Below are positions 38,150 through 52,436 of a stretch of 64,000 nt of DNA, one piece after another. The notes under the pieces are model-generated. The model made no database searches and was not told where the DNA came from. It worked only from the letters and a program-made list of their open reading frames with translations. Where the stretch lies: the NCBI RefSeq assembly GCF_964204645.1, contig NC_134033.1, positions 1,570,131-1,634,130 on the forward strand, in the 5' to 3' direction. The position numbers and the translations under genes are program-made. The DNA is from Tubulanus polymorphus (taxonomy: Eukaryota > Animalia > Nemertea). Positions within the stretch are counted from its first letter, which is position 1. Every line of letters starts with the position of its first letter.

Positions 38150-38850
38150 ATTCGATTTTGGGCCGAATTTCCCAGGCAAATTTCATCAAAATTTGTGACG
38201 AAATTAAGGGGGTCAAAACACGAAATCCTGAATATCTCATTTTAGTTGCCTCGGATCCTAAATCTAACCCCATATTCGTAATCAGCACCCCAAAAAAACA
38301 TGTCTGCACTAAGTTTCATTAAAATTGGGCAAAAAAAAAATTTTGACTTTGTACCCCATTTTTGGGGTGCATATTTTGGGCATTAAAACCCTTATTTTCC
38401 CATGAAGATGAATTCCGATTCAAAATCTGATTGCGGATCCGGAATCTACACCTCAGAATACATATTCCTACCAATTTTAGAAGGAATCAGAGAAAAAAAA
38501 TTTTTCGCCGAAAAAAAACTCCTGGACTTACACCTTAGATTTTTGCCATTTTTGGCCAAAAAACCGAATCTCTTCGATTTGCTTGAAATTTTAGTCCTTT
38601 ATAATCTCAGGGGTGCTGATTCCAAATCTGTAATCAGATTTTGAATATCTCAAAAACTCTGGGGTCCAAGGCCTTTTGAAAATTAAGGGGTCCCCCCAAA
38701 AATTCGAATTTCTCATTTTCTGGGCCTCGGATCCGGAAAATTCGTTCAGATTTGCGATCAGCACCCCTTAATACATGTCTGAACGGAATTTCATCAAAAT
38801 CGGAGACAAAAAATATTTGACCCCTGACACTCATTTTGGGAGTAGCCTAC
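38150..38850. mobile_element. Probable non-autonomous DNA-transposon-derived block with internal inverted motifs (copies at ~41975-42310 and ~44955-45590)
   Basis: Recurrent atcagcacccc/ggggtgctgat and aatttcatcaaaat motifs in both orientations. No ORF with recognisable homology. Confidence 0.4.
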
Positions 38851-40744
38851 CTTAGATTGCCATTTCTCTGATACACCGGTAACTAGACTTAACTCTAACT
38901 GTGTATAACTGATTGGTGGCATCAAATCTATTAAGTTTCTTTTATATCTTTTAGGATGTTTGTCATCATTAGGATGGAATTATTTTGAGTTTGATGATCA
39001 GGATCAGATGAACTGGGTAAATATGTGTGGGCAGTGTTAGACCTCACCGGGAGGATAAACAAACAAACGAACAAATATTGGGAGAACTTGACTTCAAATT
39101 TACTCTTAAGCATTATTCTTTAATAGTTTCCGAGCATTATTTCTGGTTACAGTGTTAGTGGTAGTTGAATGCACTATTTTAGAGAATAAAATTTAATTTG
39201 CTTGAAGTTCTTCCTTTGGCATGTGAGCCTACCGCTTTACCGGATGCTAATACATTCCGCAGACAAAAGAGTTCTATCAAAAATGGTTTAAAATTCGTTT
39301 TAAAAAGACGATCCCCTTCGAAAAACCTTAAACGATAGTAGAATTATTCATATACAATGGAATCGTATTAGATAATCAACGAAATTCGGCTAAGAAAAAT
39401 ATCTGTATTGCTCGCATGCCACAGTAAGATCGCGAGGCTGAGTTAAATATTTACCGTACAGTGCTGCCCCTATGAATAACGATAGCGGAATTTCTGCGAA
39501 CTAAAATAGCGCATATTTACCGCCGGAATTTAAATGTCCTTATTACGTACAATACGGACTAGTGTGTCGTCTAATTCTGATTAAATATGATACTATGAAT
39601 ACGTTCTGAATTTTGTATGATATTTCCTTATTTTTTAGGTAACATATTTAATTCTTTTTAGCTAAAATTCACTTACTTATCAATTAATATAGTATTTGTA
39701 TACTGAATAAATTATTCATTTTCATTTTTTAATGATAATTTATCATCAGAATTGACAAAATGTCCATATTTTTTCTTCGATAAAGTCTATTTGCGCGCAA
39801 ATAAACAGGGAACATACAAACACCTATCGCTCTCTCCCAGACCATACTAGAAATATCCCGATTCAAATTAACTCCTTTAAGGCTCATTCTTTTATAGAAA
39901 AATTGTTTGGTTCGAACGTTTCAGAGCAGTTTTCAGAGTTTGAGAATTTTCCTCGGAATCCGGCCCGCAAATCGGTAATTAGTTCGTCCACTCCTGCCGT
40001 TCGAAGACTCTGGCAAGCGAGTATTATGTTAGTTCACATTTTCCACGCTATCGTTATACATAGCGGCAGCACTAGACGGTCGAGATTGAATTGATCGCGC
40101 TATTTTACTGTGGAGCGTGCTCAATTCAATCGCTAATTCTTTATTTACAGTGAACTATTCCTTCAATTGATAAAGACTTTAAAGCCGCGATGATTCTAAA
40201 TGTACGAATTTTGATATTGGTAAAAAAGATAAGAATTCATTCATGATATTTTATTTTCATGTCCTCAGGTACACACACTTTAGGGGGACCTCACTCACTC
40301 CAGACCCAGTGACTTCGCAGACACTTCGACAGTCCAGTGACTAGTGAGGCCGGGACCTACTCAAATTTAGTCTGAATCAGTCAGTCGTTGTTACTACGGG
40401 TTCCGGGTTGTTTAGGGAACGACAGCTAGGTACTAGACTAACAGGGACCTCACTCGGTGTCAAAAACCACTTTCTAGCCTACACGGGCCGCACTACCCTA
40501 GCCGCTTGCATTGCACATGGTGCAGGCGATAGTTTCACCTTCAACTTCCTCCGGCACCACATCTTGTTCAGCAGGTTGAGACCAGCTGACTCGACCAGTT
40601 AGTTACACCAGCTTTCTCCCACTGCCACAGGCTGGGCTCTTGTGTAAAACGAGAATCTGTTAATCCAGTGTCGTGCTGAAAACTGCTGAAAACTTTTGCT
40701 TAAGCCTTTACTTTGTCAGAGTAATTGTACTGTTTTGCTTCCCT

Positions 40745-41362
40745 TTTCACCCATCCTCCCTCAACCTCATCACCCAATCCTCCCCCAACCTCTCATCCCA
40801 TCCTCCCTCAACCTCACCTCAACCTCTCACAACCTCATCACCCCATCCTCCCCCAACCTCATCACCCCATCCTCCCTCAACCTCACCCCAACCTCCCCCA
40901 ACCTCTCACATCATCCTCCCTCAACCTCTCATCCCATCCTCCCTCAACCTCACCCCAACCTCTCATCCCATCCTCCCCCAACCTCTCACATCATCCTCCC
41001 TCAACCTCTCACCCAATCCTCCCTCAACCTCTCATCCCATCCTCCCCAACCTCTCACATCATCCTCCCTCAACCTCTCACCCCATCCTCCCTCAACCTCT
41101 CACCCCATCCTCCCTCAACCTCTCACCCCATCCTCCCGCAACCTCTCATCCCATCCTCCCTCAACCTCACCCCAACCTCTGACCTCAACCTCCCCCAACC
41201 TCTCACCCCATTGTCCCCAACCTCATCACCCCCTCCTCCCCAACCTCATCACCCCATTGTCCTCAACCTCATCATCCCCTCCTCCCCAACCTCTCACCCC
41301 GTCCCCAACCTCATCACCCCCTCCTCTCCAAACCTCATCACCCCATCCTCCCCCAACCTCTC
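40745..41362. repeat. Expanded C-rich ~26-bp repeat (ctctcaccccatcctccctcaac core)
   Basis: About 620 bp here versus about 130 bp (37500-37630) and about 150 bp (44220-44370) in the sister copies. Confidence 0.9.
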
Positions 41363-44300
41363 AGTCAGTCTTCCTGTTAATGTGATTTCAATTTTATATT
41401 TCAGGTTTTCCTCTGTCGGGCTGTCGTGTGTAAACTTCATCACGAATACTGGACGTGGTGGACTTCAACTGAAATTTATCACAGTTTTACTTCTTCAGTC
41501 AACTTTTTCCGGACTACTAGTCAACTAACTGGACTACTAGTCAACTAACCGGACTATTAGTCAACTAACTGGACTATACGTGAACTTACCGGACTATTTG
41601 TGAACTAACTGGACTATTTAATCAACTAACCGGACTAAAGCGGATTGATACTCATAAAAAACAGGCTGTGGTGGACTCCAGGAGGTGTGGAACTCTGTAT
41701 GTGGATTTGTGGAACTCGGTGGACTACCATTACTGCTAGACAAGGGCTAGTGAGTGTGTGAGTAGAATTTTTTATAAGTTTCCAAAACAATTATGAGAAA
41801 GCAGTTTATCTGTAAACACTGTTTACTGCATTTCATAAGAATTGTCAATGTGGTTATTTGAAGCAGCCTGTAATTGTGTTGCAGGAATTATAATTCAGGG
41901 TTTTAGTAAGAGCATCAATTTCTACCTTAAAAATTAATTGAATATTTGACATCATTGAATAAAATTCTTTTTTGGACCGAATTTCCCAGGCAAATTTCAT
42001 CAAAATTTTTTGACGAAATTAAGGGGGTCAATACACGAAATCCTGAATATCTCATTTTAGTTGCCTCGGATCCAAAATCTAACCTCATATTTGTAATCAG
42101 CACCCCAAAAAACATGTCTGCACTAAGTTTCATTAGAATTGGGCCAAAAAAAAATTTTGACTTTGTACCCCATTTTTGGGGTGCATATTTTGCCTCGGAT
42201 CCGGAAAATTCGTTCAGATTTGCGATCAGCACCCCTTAATACATGTCTGAACGGAATTTCATCAAAATCGGAGACAAAAAATATTTGACCCCTGACACTC
42301 ATTTTGGGAGTAGCCTACCTTAGATTGCCATTTCTCTGATACACCGGTAACTAGACTTAACTCTAACTGTGTATAACTGATTGGTGGCATCAAATCTATT
42401 AAGTTTCTTTTATATCTTTTAGGATGTTTGTCATCATTAGGATGGAATTATTGACTTTTTGAGTTTGATGATCAGGATCAGATGAACTGGATAAATATGT
42501 GTGGGCAGTGTTAGAACTCACCGGGGGGATAAACAAACAAACGAACAAATATTGGGAGAACTTGACTTCAAATTTACTCTTAAGCATTATTCTTTAATAG
42601 TTTCCGAGCATTATTTCTGGTTACAGTGTTAGTGGTAGTTGAATGCACTATTTTAGAGAATAAAATTTAATTTGCTTGAAGTTCTTCCTTTGGCATGTGA
42701 GCCTACCGCTTTACCGGATGCTAATACATTCCGCAGACAAAAGAGTTCTATCAAAAATGGTTTAAAATTCGTTTTAAAAAGACGATCCCCTTCGAAAAAC
42801 CTTAAACGATAGTAGAATTATTCATGTACAATGGAATCGTATTAGATAATCAACGAAATTCGGCTAAGAAAAATATCTGTATTGCTCGCATGCCACAGTA
42901 AGATCGCGAGGCTGAGTTAAATATTTACCGTACAGTGCTGCCCCTATGAATAACGATAGCGGAATTTCTGCGAACTAAAATAGCGCATATTTACCGCCGG
43001 AATTTAAATGTCCTTATTACGTACAATACGGACCAGTGTGTCGTCTAATTCTGATTAAATATGATACTATGAATACTTTCTGAATTTTGTATGATATTTC
43101 CTTATTTTTTAGGTAACATATTTAATTCTTTTTAGCTAAAATTCACTTACTTATCAATTAATATAGTATTTGTATACTGAATAAATTATTCATTTTCATT
43201 TTTTAATGATAATTTATCATCAGAATTGACAAAATGTCCATATTTTTTCTATGATAAAGTCTATTTGCGCGCAAATAAACAGGGAACATACAAACACCTA
43301 TCGCTCTCTCCCAGACCATACTATAAATACCCTGATTCAAATTAACTCTTTTAAAGCTCATTCTTTTATAGAAAAATTGTTTGGTTCGAACGTTTCAGAG
43401 CAGTTTTCAGAGTTTGAGAATTTTCCTCGGAATCCGGCCCGCAAATCGGTAATTAGTTCGTCCACTCCTGCCGTTCGAAGACTCTGGCAAACGAGTATTA
43501 TGTTAGTTCACATTTTCCACGCTATCGTTATATATAGCGGCAGCACTAGACGGTCGAGATTGAATTGATCGCGCTATTTTACTGTGGAGCGGGCTCAATT
43601 CAATCGCTAATTCTTTATTTACAGTGAACTATTCCTTCAATTGATAAAGACTTTAAAGCCGCGATGATTCTAAATGTACGAATTTTGATATTGGTAAAAA
43701 AGATAAGAATTCATTCATGATGTTTCATTTTCATGTCCTCAGGTACACACACTTTAGAGGGACCTCACTCACTCCAGACCCAGTGACTTCGCAGACACTT
43801 CGACAGTCGGTGACTAGTGAGGCCGGGACCTACTCAAATTTAGTCTGAATCAGTCAGTCGTTGTTACTACGAGTTCCGGGTTGTTTAGGGAACGACGGCT
43901 AGGTACTAGACTAACAGGGACCTCACTCGGTGCCAAAAACCACTTTCTAGCCTACACGGGCCGCACTACCCTAGCCGCTTGCATTGCACATGGTGCAGGC
44001 GATAGTTTCACCTTCAACTTCCTCCGGCACCACATCTTGTTCAGCAGGTTAAGGCCAGCTGACTCGACCAGTTAGTTACACCAGCTTTCTCCCACTGCCA
44101 CAGGCTGGGCTCTTGTGTAAAACGAGAATCTGTTAATCCAGTGCCGTACTGAAAACTGCTGAAAACTTTTGCCTCAGCCTTTACTTAGTCAGAGTAATTG
44201 TACTGTTTTGCTTCCCTTTTCACCCATCCTGCCTCAACCTCATCACCCATCCTCCCTCAACCTCTCACCTCATCCTGCCTCAACCTCACCCCAACCTCTC

Positions 44301-46019
44301 ACTTCATCCTCCCTCAACCTCTCACCCCATCCTCCCACAACCTCATCACCCCATCCTCCCCTAACCTCTCAGTCAGTCTTCCTGTTAATGTGATTTCAAT
44401 TTTATATTTCAGGTTTTCCGGGCTGTGGTGTAAACTTCATCACAAATACTGGACGTGGTGGACTTCAACTGAAATTCATCACCGTTTTACTTCTTCAGTC
44501 AACTTCTTCCGGACTACTAGTGAACTTACCAGACTATTAGTCAACTAACCGGACTACTAGTCAACTAACCGGACCACTAGTCAACTAACCGGACTATTAG
44601 TGAACTAACTGGACTATACGTGAACTTACCGGACTATTAGTGAACTAACTGGACTATTTAGTCAACTAACCGGACTAAAGTGGATTGATACTCATAAAAA
44701 ACAGGCAGTGGTGGACTTCAGGAGGTGTGGAACTCTGTATGTGGATTTGTGGAACTCGGTGGACTACCATTACTGCTAGACAAGGGCTAGTGAGTGTGTG
44801 AGTAGAATTTCTTATAAGTTTCCAAAACAATTATGAGAAAGCAATTTATCTGTAAACACTGTTTACTGCATTTCATAAGAATTGTCAATGTGGTTATTTG
44901 AAGCAGCCTGTAATTGTGTTGCAGGAATTATAATACAGGGTTTTAGTAAGAGCAGGCAATTTCCCAGGCAAATTTCATCAAAATTTGTGATGAAATTAAG
45001 GGGGTCAAAACACGAAATCCTGAATATCTCATTTTAGTTGCCTCGGATCCAAAATCTAACCCCATATTTGTAATCAGCACCCCAAAAAACATGTCTGCAC
45101 TAAGTTTCATTAAAATTGGGCCAAAAAAAAATTTTGACTCTGTACCCCATTTTTGGGGTGCATATTTTGGACATTAAAACCCTAATTTGCCCATGAAGAT
45201 GAATTCCGATTCAAAATCTGATTGCGGATCCGGAATCTACACCTCAGAATACATATTCCTACCAATTTTAGAAGGAATCAGAGAAAAAAAATTTTTCGCC
45301 GAAAAAAAACTCCTGGACAAACACCTTAGATTTTTGCCATTTTTGGCCAAAAAACCGAATCTCTTCGATTTGCTTGAAATTTTAGTCCTTTATATTCTCA
45401 GGGGTGCTGATTCCAAATCTGCAATCAGATTTTGAATATCTCGAAAACTCTGGGGTCCAAGGCCTTTTGAAAATTTAGGGGGTCCCCCAATAATTCGTAT
45501 TTCTCATTTTCTGGGCCTCAAATCCGAAAAATTCGTTCAGATTTGTGATCAGCACCCAAGAATACATGTCTATACTGAATTTCATTTTACCTTGTATTGC
45601 CATTTCTCTGATACACCAGTAACTTTACTTAACTCTTACAATGTGTATAACTGATTGGTCGCCTCAAATCTATTAAGTTTCGTTTATATCTTTTAGAATT
45701 GTTCTCATCATTAGGATGGAATTATTGACGTTTGTGTTTGATGATCAGGACTACATCAGATGAACTGGATAAATATGTGTTGGCAGCGTTAGACCTCACC
45801 AGGAGGATAAACAAACAAACGAACAAATATTGGGAGAACTTGACTTCAGTTATAGTGAACTTTATGTCCACGAGGACTAACTATGTGATGACTTTGCTGC
45901 TGATGGGATAGATATCTGTTTGAACTAAAAACTGTAAAACTGTAAACTACTGACGGCATCTACAATCTGCCGGATAGAAAACAACGAGGAACATAGAAGT
46001 TCAGGTGATATACAATCCC

Positions 46020-46250
46020 CTCTCTGTCTCTTTCTATCATCTCTCATCTCTCACTCTCTCATTCTCATCTCTCATTCTCATTCTCATAGTCTCATCCTCA
46101 TCGCACTCTCTCATTCTCATCTCTTTGTCTCATTCTCATCTCTCATTCTCATTCTCATAGTCTCATCCTCATCTCACTCTCTCATAGTCTCATCTTCATC
46201 TCACTCTCTCATTCTCATCTCTCTCTCTCCTTACTCTGGTCTCATTCTCC
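46020..46250. repeat. (TCTCAT)-like low-complexity repeat
   Basis: Direct observation. Confidence 0.85.
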
Positions 46251-46374
46251 ACCATCTACCGGGTTGTGATAGGAACTATGTAGTTCCTGTCTCGCCCGGT
46301 AGATGGCATTATTTTTTTGATAAAATTTGCTTAAGCAATGGATAAATATGAGTTCCCCTGCAGGCTGTCAGTAC

Positions 46375-46440
46375 GTCCCTATAGCGTAGTGGGTAGGGTG
46401 CTGGACTGCTAGACCAGTGGTTGGTGGTTCAAATCCCATA
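46375..46440 (+). pseudogene. tRNA-like pseudogene or SINE head
   Basis: A box tagcgtagtgg, imperfect anticodon arm ctgga-ctgctag-accag and B box ggttcaaatcc. The acceptor stem is not closed. Confidence 0.5.
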
Positions 46441-46807
46441 ATTATATTTTATTGGTTGTTGATTAAATAAAATGTTGAATTGGTTGTTGAATAAATAAAA
46501 TGTTGAATTTTGATTTTGTTGGTTTCAATAAAATGTTGAATTTTACTTTTGCAAACAAGCTGTAACAAATTCCTACTTTGAATTTGGAATAAATCCTTTG
46601 ATTTGTACTTTGCGTTTGTCCTTTCCTTTTTGACTTTGTCCTTGAACGTGAGCGGAAGAGTCCTTTCCGGGGCAAGTGGAAGTTTTGAGAGGGAAGAGTC
46701 CTTTCCGGGGTAAAGTGCCCGAGACGAAGAGATTTTATTAAAGAGAGCATTTTATATATGGACGTTTATTTATTTACGTTACTTTACATGCGGCAAAACG
46801 AAATAAT

Positions 46808-47279
46808 GAGTAGAGTCTGCGTCTCGAGGTTTGAAGATGGTGCTGTAGTCGGAGTAGAGTCTGCGTCTCGAGGTTTGAAGATGGTTCTGTAGTCGGAGTA
46901 GAGTCTGCGTCTCGAGGTTTGAAGATGGTACTGTAGTCGGAGTAGAGTCTGCGTCTCGAGGTTTGGAGATGGTGCTGTAGTCGGAGTAGAGTCTGCGTCT
47001 CGAGGTTTGAAGATGGTTCTGTAGTCGGAGTAGAGTCTGCGTCTCGAGGTTTGAAGATGGTTCTGTAGTCGGAGTAGAGTCTGCGTCTCGAGGTTTGAAG
47101 ATGGTGCTGTAGTCTGAGTAGAGTCTGCGTCTCGAGGTTTGAAGATGGTTCTGTAGTCGGAGTAGAGTCTGCGTCTCGAGGTTTGAAGATGGTACTGTAG
47201 TCGGAGTAGAGTCTGCGTCTCGAGGTTTGAAGATGGTACTGTAGTCGGAGTAGAGTCTGCGTCTCGAGGTTTGAAGATG
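46808..47279. repeat. 44-bp minisatellite (gagtagagtctgcgtctcgaggtttgaagatggtnctgtagtcg)
   Basis: About 10.7 near-perfect copies. Confidence 0.95.
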
Positions 47280-48644
47280 TTGATGTAACTCAAATATTGC
47301 CGGCTGAAAAACAAGTCGGATAATCGTCAAGCTAATGAAGAAGATTGAATATGCAAAATGTACGGATGGGTGTAGTTTAATATAATTACCTTATCTTAAT
47401 GTAAAGATACCGAAACAGCAAAATGTGGGTTGATGCGGTTCCCAATGCAGCAGCAGCAGTAGACTAGTCCAGGACGTTGCGACAAACGAGTTGTGTACAT
47501 GTAGTTGTCAGTAGTAGCGAACTGGTTTCGGTTTAACCCTAAAAAGACACAATATTCATAATGTATAAATGTGTGTGAAATTGAACATCGGAAATCAGCG
47601 ACAACAGCAACACGTCTTCATCAGCAAATTAGCCGTCATCTGTTTGTAGTTGAAATCCGACATCAACAGCAGCAGCAGCAGCAGTATCGGGATCTCCTCC
47701 GCAATCATCAGCATCAACAGCCGCCAGTCTCATCTTGCGTTCTCAATCGCTAGGCGTCACAAATTCCTTCACGTTCCAGTCTCTCCTAACATCATCAGCC
47801 GCCTATTAGTAGGTTGTTTGCTTGAAGCCACACGTTCTTCACGCCTTGTTGCAGAGCGACCTTCATCACTGGACATCTGTTCTCGGACTGGCGTCGGGAG
47901 GCTCGAGCCGCGCTTCTAATACCTACGTCGACCAATCAACGACGGTGCATCATCGATGCGACCGGAATGGATCAATCAGAAAGCTCGATCGCGCATTCCT
48001 GTGACAGACCCGAGTCCGTGACGCTAATCCGAAAGAACTATTCAATTCGTGCCAAACATTTTCAATGGGGCCTACAGGTCATCGAGTTTAATTCGACTAT
48101 TCATAGAGGCACATATTGTTTAAGATAGAAATATCGAATGCTACGATTTTAGCCTAAAATTGTAAGCTGAAATTTTATCTAAACTATCCAACAAACTTTA
48201 GTGTAAATTTCCCTTCTATTTACGTCTGGTTTTGAACTATAATACCGGCTCAATTTTACTATTTTCGAGTTTTGCTTTAGGATATCGAAGTTTGCTTAAG
48301 GGTTTGTGCAGTGACGCGGCACTATTGTGTAGTAGAGCGTATGACAGGTCTCCAGTGAGTGATTCTCTATTGGATAGAGTCGTTTTCAATCCGAATTTAT
48401 ACACAAGTTCACCAGACATCGCCGCGTACACATCTTCTTTAACTGAAATCTGGTGAAGTTAAAAAATTATCAAAGTTTTATCATCAGTTGAGAAAGAACT
48501 GTGATTGATCACCGCGCGCGCTGCTTGCACCGAATAGTCGCTTGGATTTCTTCAGTTCGAGGAATTGAATAAATATAAAAAGATTTTCCGAACCCTCACC
48601 ACTAAACTTAAAATAACAAACTAATATCGTAAAAAAGTCGAAGG

Positions 48645-48916
48645 TCCCTGGGGGAATTACTCCGCAACCTGGACCGGTATTGTGGGATAAATAAATAATT
48701 CAGCCAGAAACGACTGAATTAAACATAATTTACCCCACACCAGTTATTCTGTAGGACTCACGCATTAGCAACCTCATTCCAGGGAGGACAGTACTCTCGA
48801 CTCGCCCGCTTACCGGAGATCATTTGCCACATCCTGACCCGCCTCCTCCGAGACTCGAACCCGGGCCACAGCGGTGACACGCTAGTCGCCGACCGACTAA
48901 GCCATCCGGTCCGCCC
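48645..48916 (-). mobile_element. tRNA-derived SINE-like element
   Basis: Minus strand head gggcggaccggaTGGCTTAGTCGG...GGTTCGAGTCtcgg (A and B boxes) followed by a non-tRNA body. The 3' end is approximate. Confidence 0.6.
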
Positions 48917-49924
48917 GATTGTGATAGGAAAACATTCTAACATGTAACTACGTGTAACCATGTTACATGTACATGTACATGTAACCATCGATTTCAAATT
49001 TGATTCATGCAACTGATTTCATACGTCATCTGATGCTGTATTTTGTCGAGATACATTTGGTTGACGAAAAGTGGCTTAATTACATCAGCAAACTGCAGAA
49101 TTTCTTTTCTATTGCGTCTGGCAAATCCGGTAAAATCCACTTATGCTCAATTAATTTGTTTGATTTGTATTTATCTCGGATTTAGCTTTAACTCGCAACT
49201 GTGCAACCGTATCAACGCGATGAACCCTTTGTTTCAGGATTCGAACCCAACGACAGAGTAGAAATTTTGAATTGTTTAGGAAATTAAGGTTAGGTTAGGT
49301 TTAAGCTTAGTCAAACAGATGACGGACCCTCGTTATAGCAAACTGAAATACAGTAGACTCAATCTTAACTCGAATCGATTGTGATCTCAGTGATTTGTGT
49401 TTGAATTCCAATTAAACAACGGAAATCTGATTGCCAGCATCGAATGTAAGTATTCCAATATTTGTTTTCGGAGTTTCAATGCTTATTCGACTTGAAGAGA
49501 TTCGAGTAACGAGTAATCTAACGATTTATCTGATATAAACAATCGAAAACATTTGCTTCATTGCATATTGGGTCATACAATCCACATCGTATATGTTGTA
49601 ACCCGCTTTAATCGCCTGACACTAAAACCATTCTAGATTCTGTATTTAGACGCGAGACAAATATGAAAATTATTGAGAAATAACTAAAATCGTGGCTTTG
49701 TCACCTGACACTCAATAACACAAAACTTTTGCAGGGATTAACTGACACTGAAGTGTCCGTTCAAACTTTTATAATTGGCTTTAAGTGCAAAATATAAAAC
49801 AAATTCTAAACACATTTGACCTGGTCCAGAGTTGATACGGGCAATTCGGCAGCATAGGAAGGTGGGCTAGACTATAACGGGCACCGAGGAGTCGAGTAAA
49901 GGTTTGTGAAACGTTGCCAATATA

Positions 49925-50073
<149 letters not shown>

Positions 50074-50083
50074 AATGAAGTGT

Positions 50084-52436
50084 GGGTTTGACTGTTTCAC
50101 GGAATGGCTTCTTATTGTAATAATGTTATAAATGTGCAAGTCACCGGTTCCGGAGATTGTGGTTCTAATAAACGCAACAGATGTCGCCTTCGCTAATTTA
50201 CACTTGTCGTAGAGTTTTCTCAGGAGACTCAGGAGGTTATCTCGGTGGGCACAGGACGGCGCTCCGGCCCACAGACTGATGGAGGTTAGAAACTGACTTT
50301 CACTGTGATGGTTATTGCGCTTTGCGTCCTGCCAGACGTCAACTTCGCTCACAAATCCTCAAGCTCGTGCCACTAATTTCCCTATTAACTGAATTACTGT
50401 AAAGATTGATTCAAAAGTTGAAATAATGTGCCTTTAACTGATATCTGGCTGATGAATGGAGATGTCATCAACTTTAGCAAGCAGAGCCTCATCAGAAATG
50501 ATTTTGTCCCAGAATAAACTTCGTACAATTTTGAATAAAAGTCATGTAGGAATCAAGGTTTCAAATTTGTCATTTTATTAAAATCTGCAACAAGTGTAAA
50601 TTACGAGTCTCCTTTATTTTAATAATTCTTGCTCAGTCACACGTATAAAACCAATAAACCAAATACAATACATTGAAATAGTGAAGCTGATCTTTGAGTG
50701 AATACCTGGCTTAGTTGAATAAGACGTTTTATAATCAGTTTATTATCTTTGGTTATAAATATATCCGAAAAATTACATCTGTTGCGTTTTCTAAGAACCA
50801 CCCAGTAGAGTTTGGATGCTGTAACGACGCTTTGCTCATATGCTGGTGCTGTATAAGGACTTCTCTCCGCTGCTGGTTCAAGGTTCCGATAACGATACAT
50901 TTGACAATGTCGCGTTCCTCTAGGTAAGTGAAGTGTTTAGCGATTTGAAATAGTCAAATCCAAGAAAGACACTTTCGAAATAATGCATTTATCAATAACC
51001 ATTTCGAATTCTCTTGAACTTCGAGTGTTTGGTTTGTTGACGAAACCCATTATTTCGGTATTTCTATGAAGAGTTCTTAAACCCGACCTAAATTGCAGAA
51101 ATCGAATTCTTTATTTCAAACACTTTATTTTCATTGAACACACACGCAATGAATTTCAGTATTTACACCTCGCATATCTTCAGGTATTCAACCTCCTCAC
51201 AGCGTTATTCACTTATACTACGACACCCTACAAAACAAATAGCATCAACATTTTAAAAATATGCAGGGCATATTTATGAAAAGGCGGTTGTGGTTGTTAG
51301 GCTTTAGACACGTCAGTGATACCTTTTCAACATGTATTTCTAATTCAAATTCGTCTTAACAGTGTCATAATCTCTAAACCTAACCCTAAGCAGAACGCCG
51401 TCCCCAAATATGTGGAACTGCATCACGAAACGGCCTAGATAGTGGAAGGCGATGGAGGGAGACGTGTTCGCACCGGTGGAGGGAGACTCCGACTATTTCG
51501 TGTTCACTCAAGGAACAACTCGAAAAAACTTTGTATCAATTGCATCAGGTCAATTTCAGCTTCATTCCAATGTATTGTACTGGTTTTATACATGTGACTG
51601 CGCAAGAACAATAAGAGAATCGTAATTTACACTTGTCGCAGATTCAACCAAAATAACAAACTTAAAACACAACAAAATAACATAATAATTTATTTTTCAC
51701 TTAAAGATAACAATGAAATAAAGAATGCCGAGTTAACATCAATAAGTGAGGGTGCAGTCACAGCGCTCACAGGCTGTAACAACTTTGGACCAAGCCAAGT
51801 GGTTTTCATAATGGTCTTCCACGGCAATTTTATTCAAAATCTGCCATCATTTTTTCTGAGAATGCTCTCCCTAGCTCTATTGCAGAAGCCGACTCGTTGC
51901 TGGAGACCAGAAAGGGCCATCACAAAATAGCTATGTGTTCATTCATTCGGCTCACTGAGAAAAGTACCGTCAACATCGCTGAAGTCTTCTTTAGTTGAAG
52001 GAATCGTTAAGATGGTGACTTTTATACCGAAATGACGCTACATATATAGTATGGAAAGTGAATTGTAAATATAAATACAGATGTAGTGTGATTGATGACT
52101 TCACTGATAATGACTTAAGCGAGGTTGAGTGTGTAGTGATCAGTCTGGTAAACGAGGGGATCATCTGTTGGTCGGAAATTGCAAAAACCAGATCAGTAAA
52201 AAAGTCTATTCATGTCATGAATTCGCCGGTGGGCCGGAGCGCCGTCCTGTGCCCACCGAGATAACCTCCTGAGTCTCCTGAGAAAACTTTACGAGACAAG
52301 TGTAAATTAGCGAAGGCGAAATCTGTTGCGTTTTTCAGAACAACCCTTCGTAGTAACCGCAATCTCCGGACCCGGAAACTTACACATTTATAACAGCATT
52401 ACAATAAGAAGCCATTCCGTGAAATAGTAAAACCCG
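50084..52436. repeat. Pair of ~190-200-bp inverted repeats (50084-50272 and 52229-52436)
   Basis: gtgggccggagcgccgtcctgtgcccaccgagataacctcctgagtctcctgagaaaac and the adjoining sequence occur in opposite orientations. Confidence 0.85.

Larger units (their letters stand above)
35810..45960. repeat. Tandem segmental duplication, ~3.1-3.5-kb unit, three copies plus a partial fourth
   Basis: ttttaggatgtttgtcatcattagga recurs at ~35813, ~38949, ~42417 and ~45691. Copies 2 and 3 are nearly identical. Each copy has a C-rich repeat, a 20-bp ggactactagtcaactaacc repeat and a 'ggggtgctgat...aaatttcatcaaaat' block. Confidence 0.92.

Noticed and set aside
40673-41528. Pro/Ser/His-rich ORFs up to 267 aa (also 14680-15189)
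   Set aside because: C-rich low-complexity tracts lack stops in all frames, and their length differs arbitrarily between duplicated copies.
46779-47330. 183- and 176-aa minus-strand ORFs
   Set aside because: Translations of the 44-bp minisatellite.
49285-49305. TTAGG telomere-like motif
   Set aside because: Only 2-3 copies, and part of a dispersed repeat.
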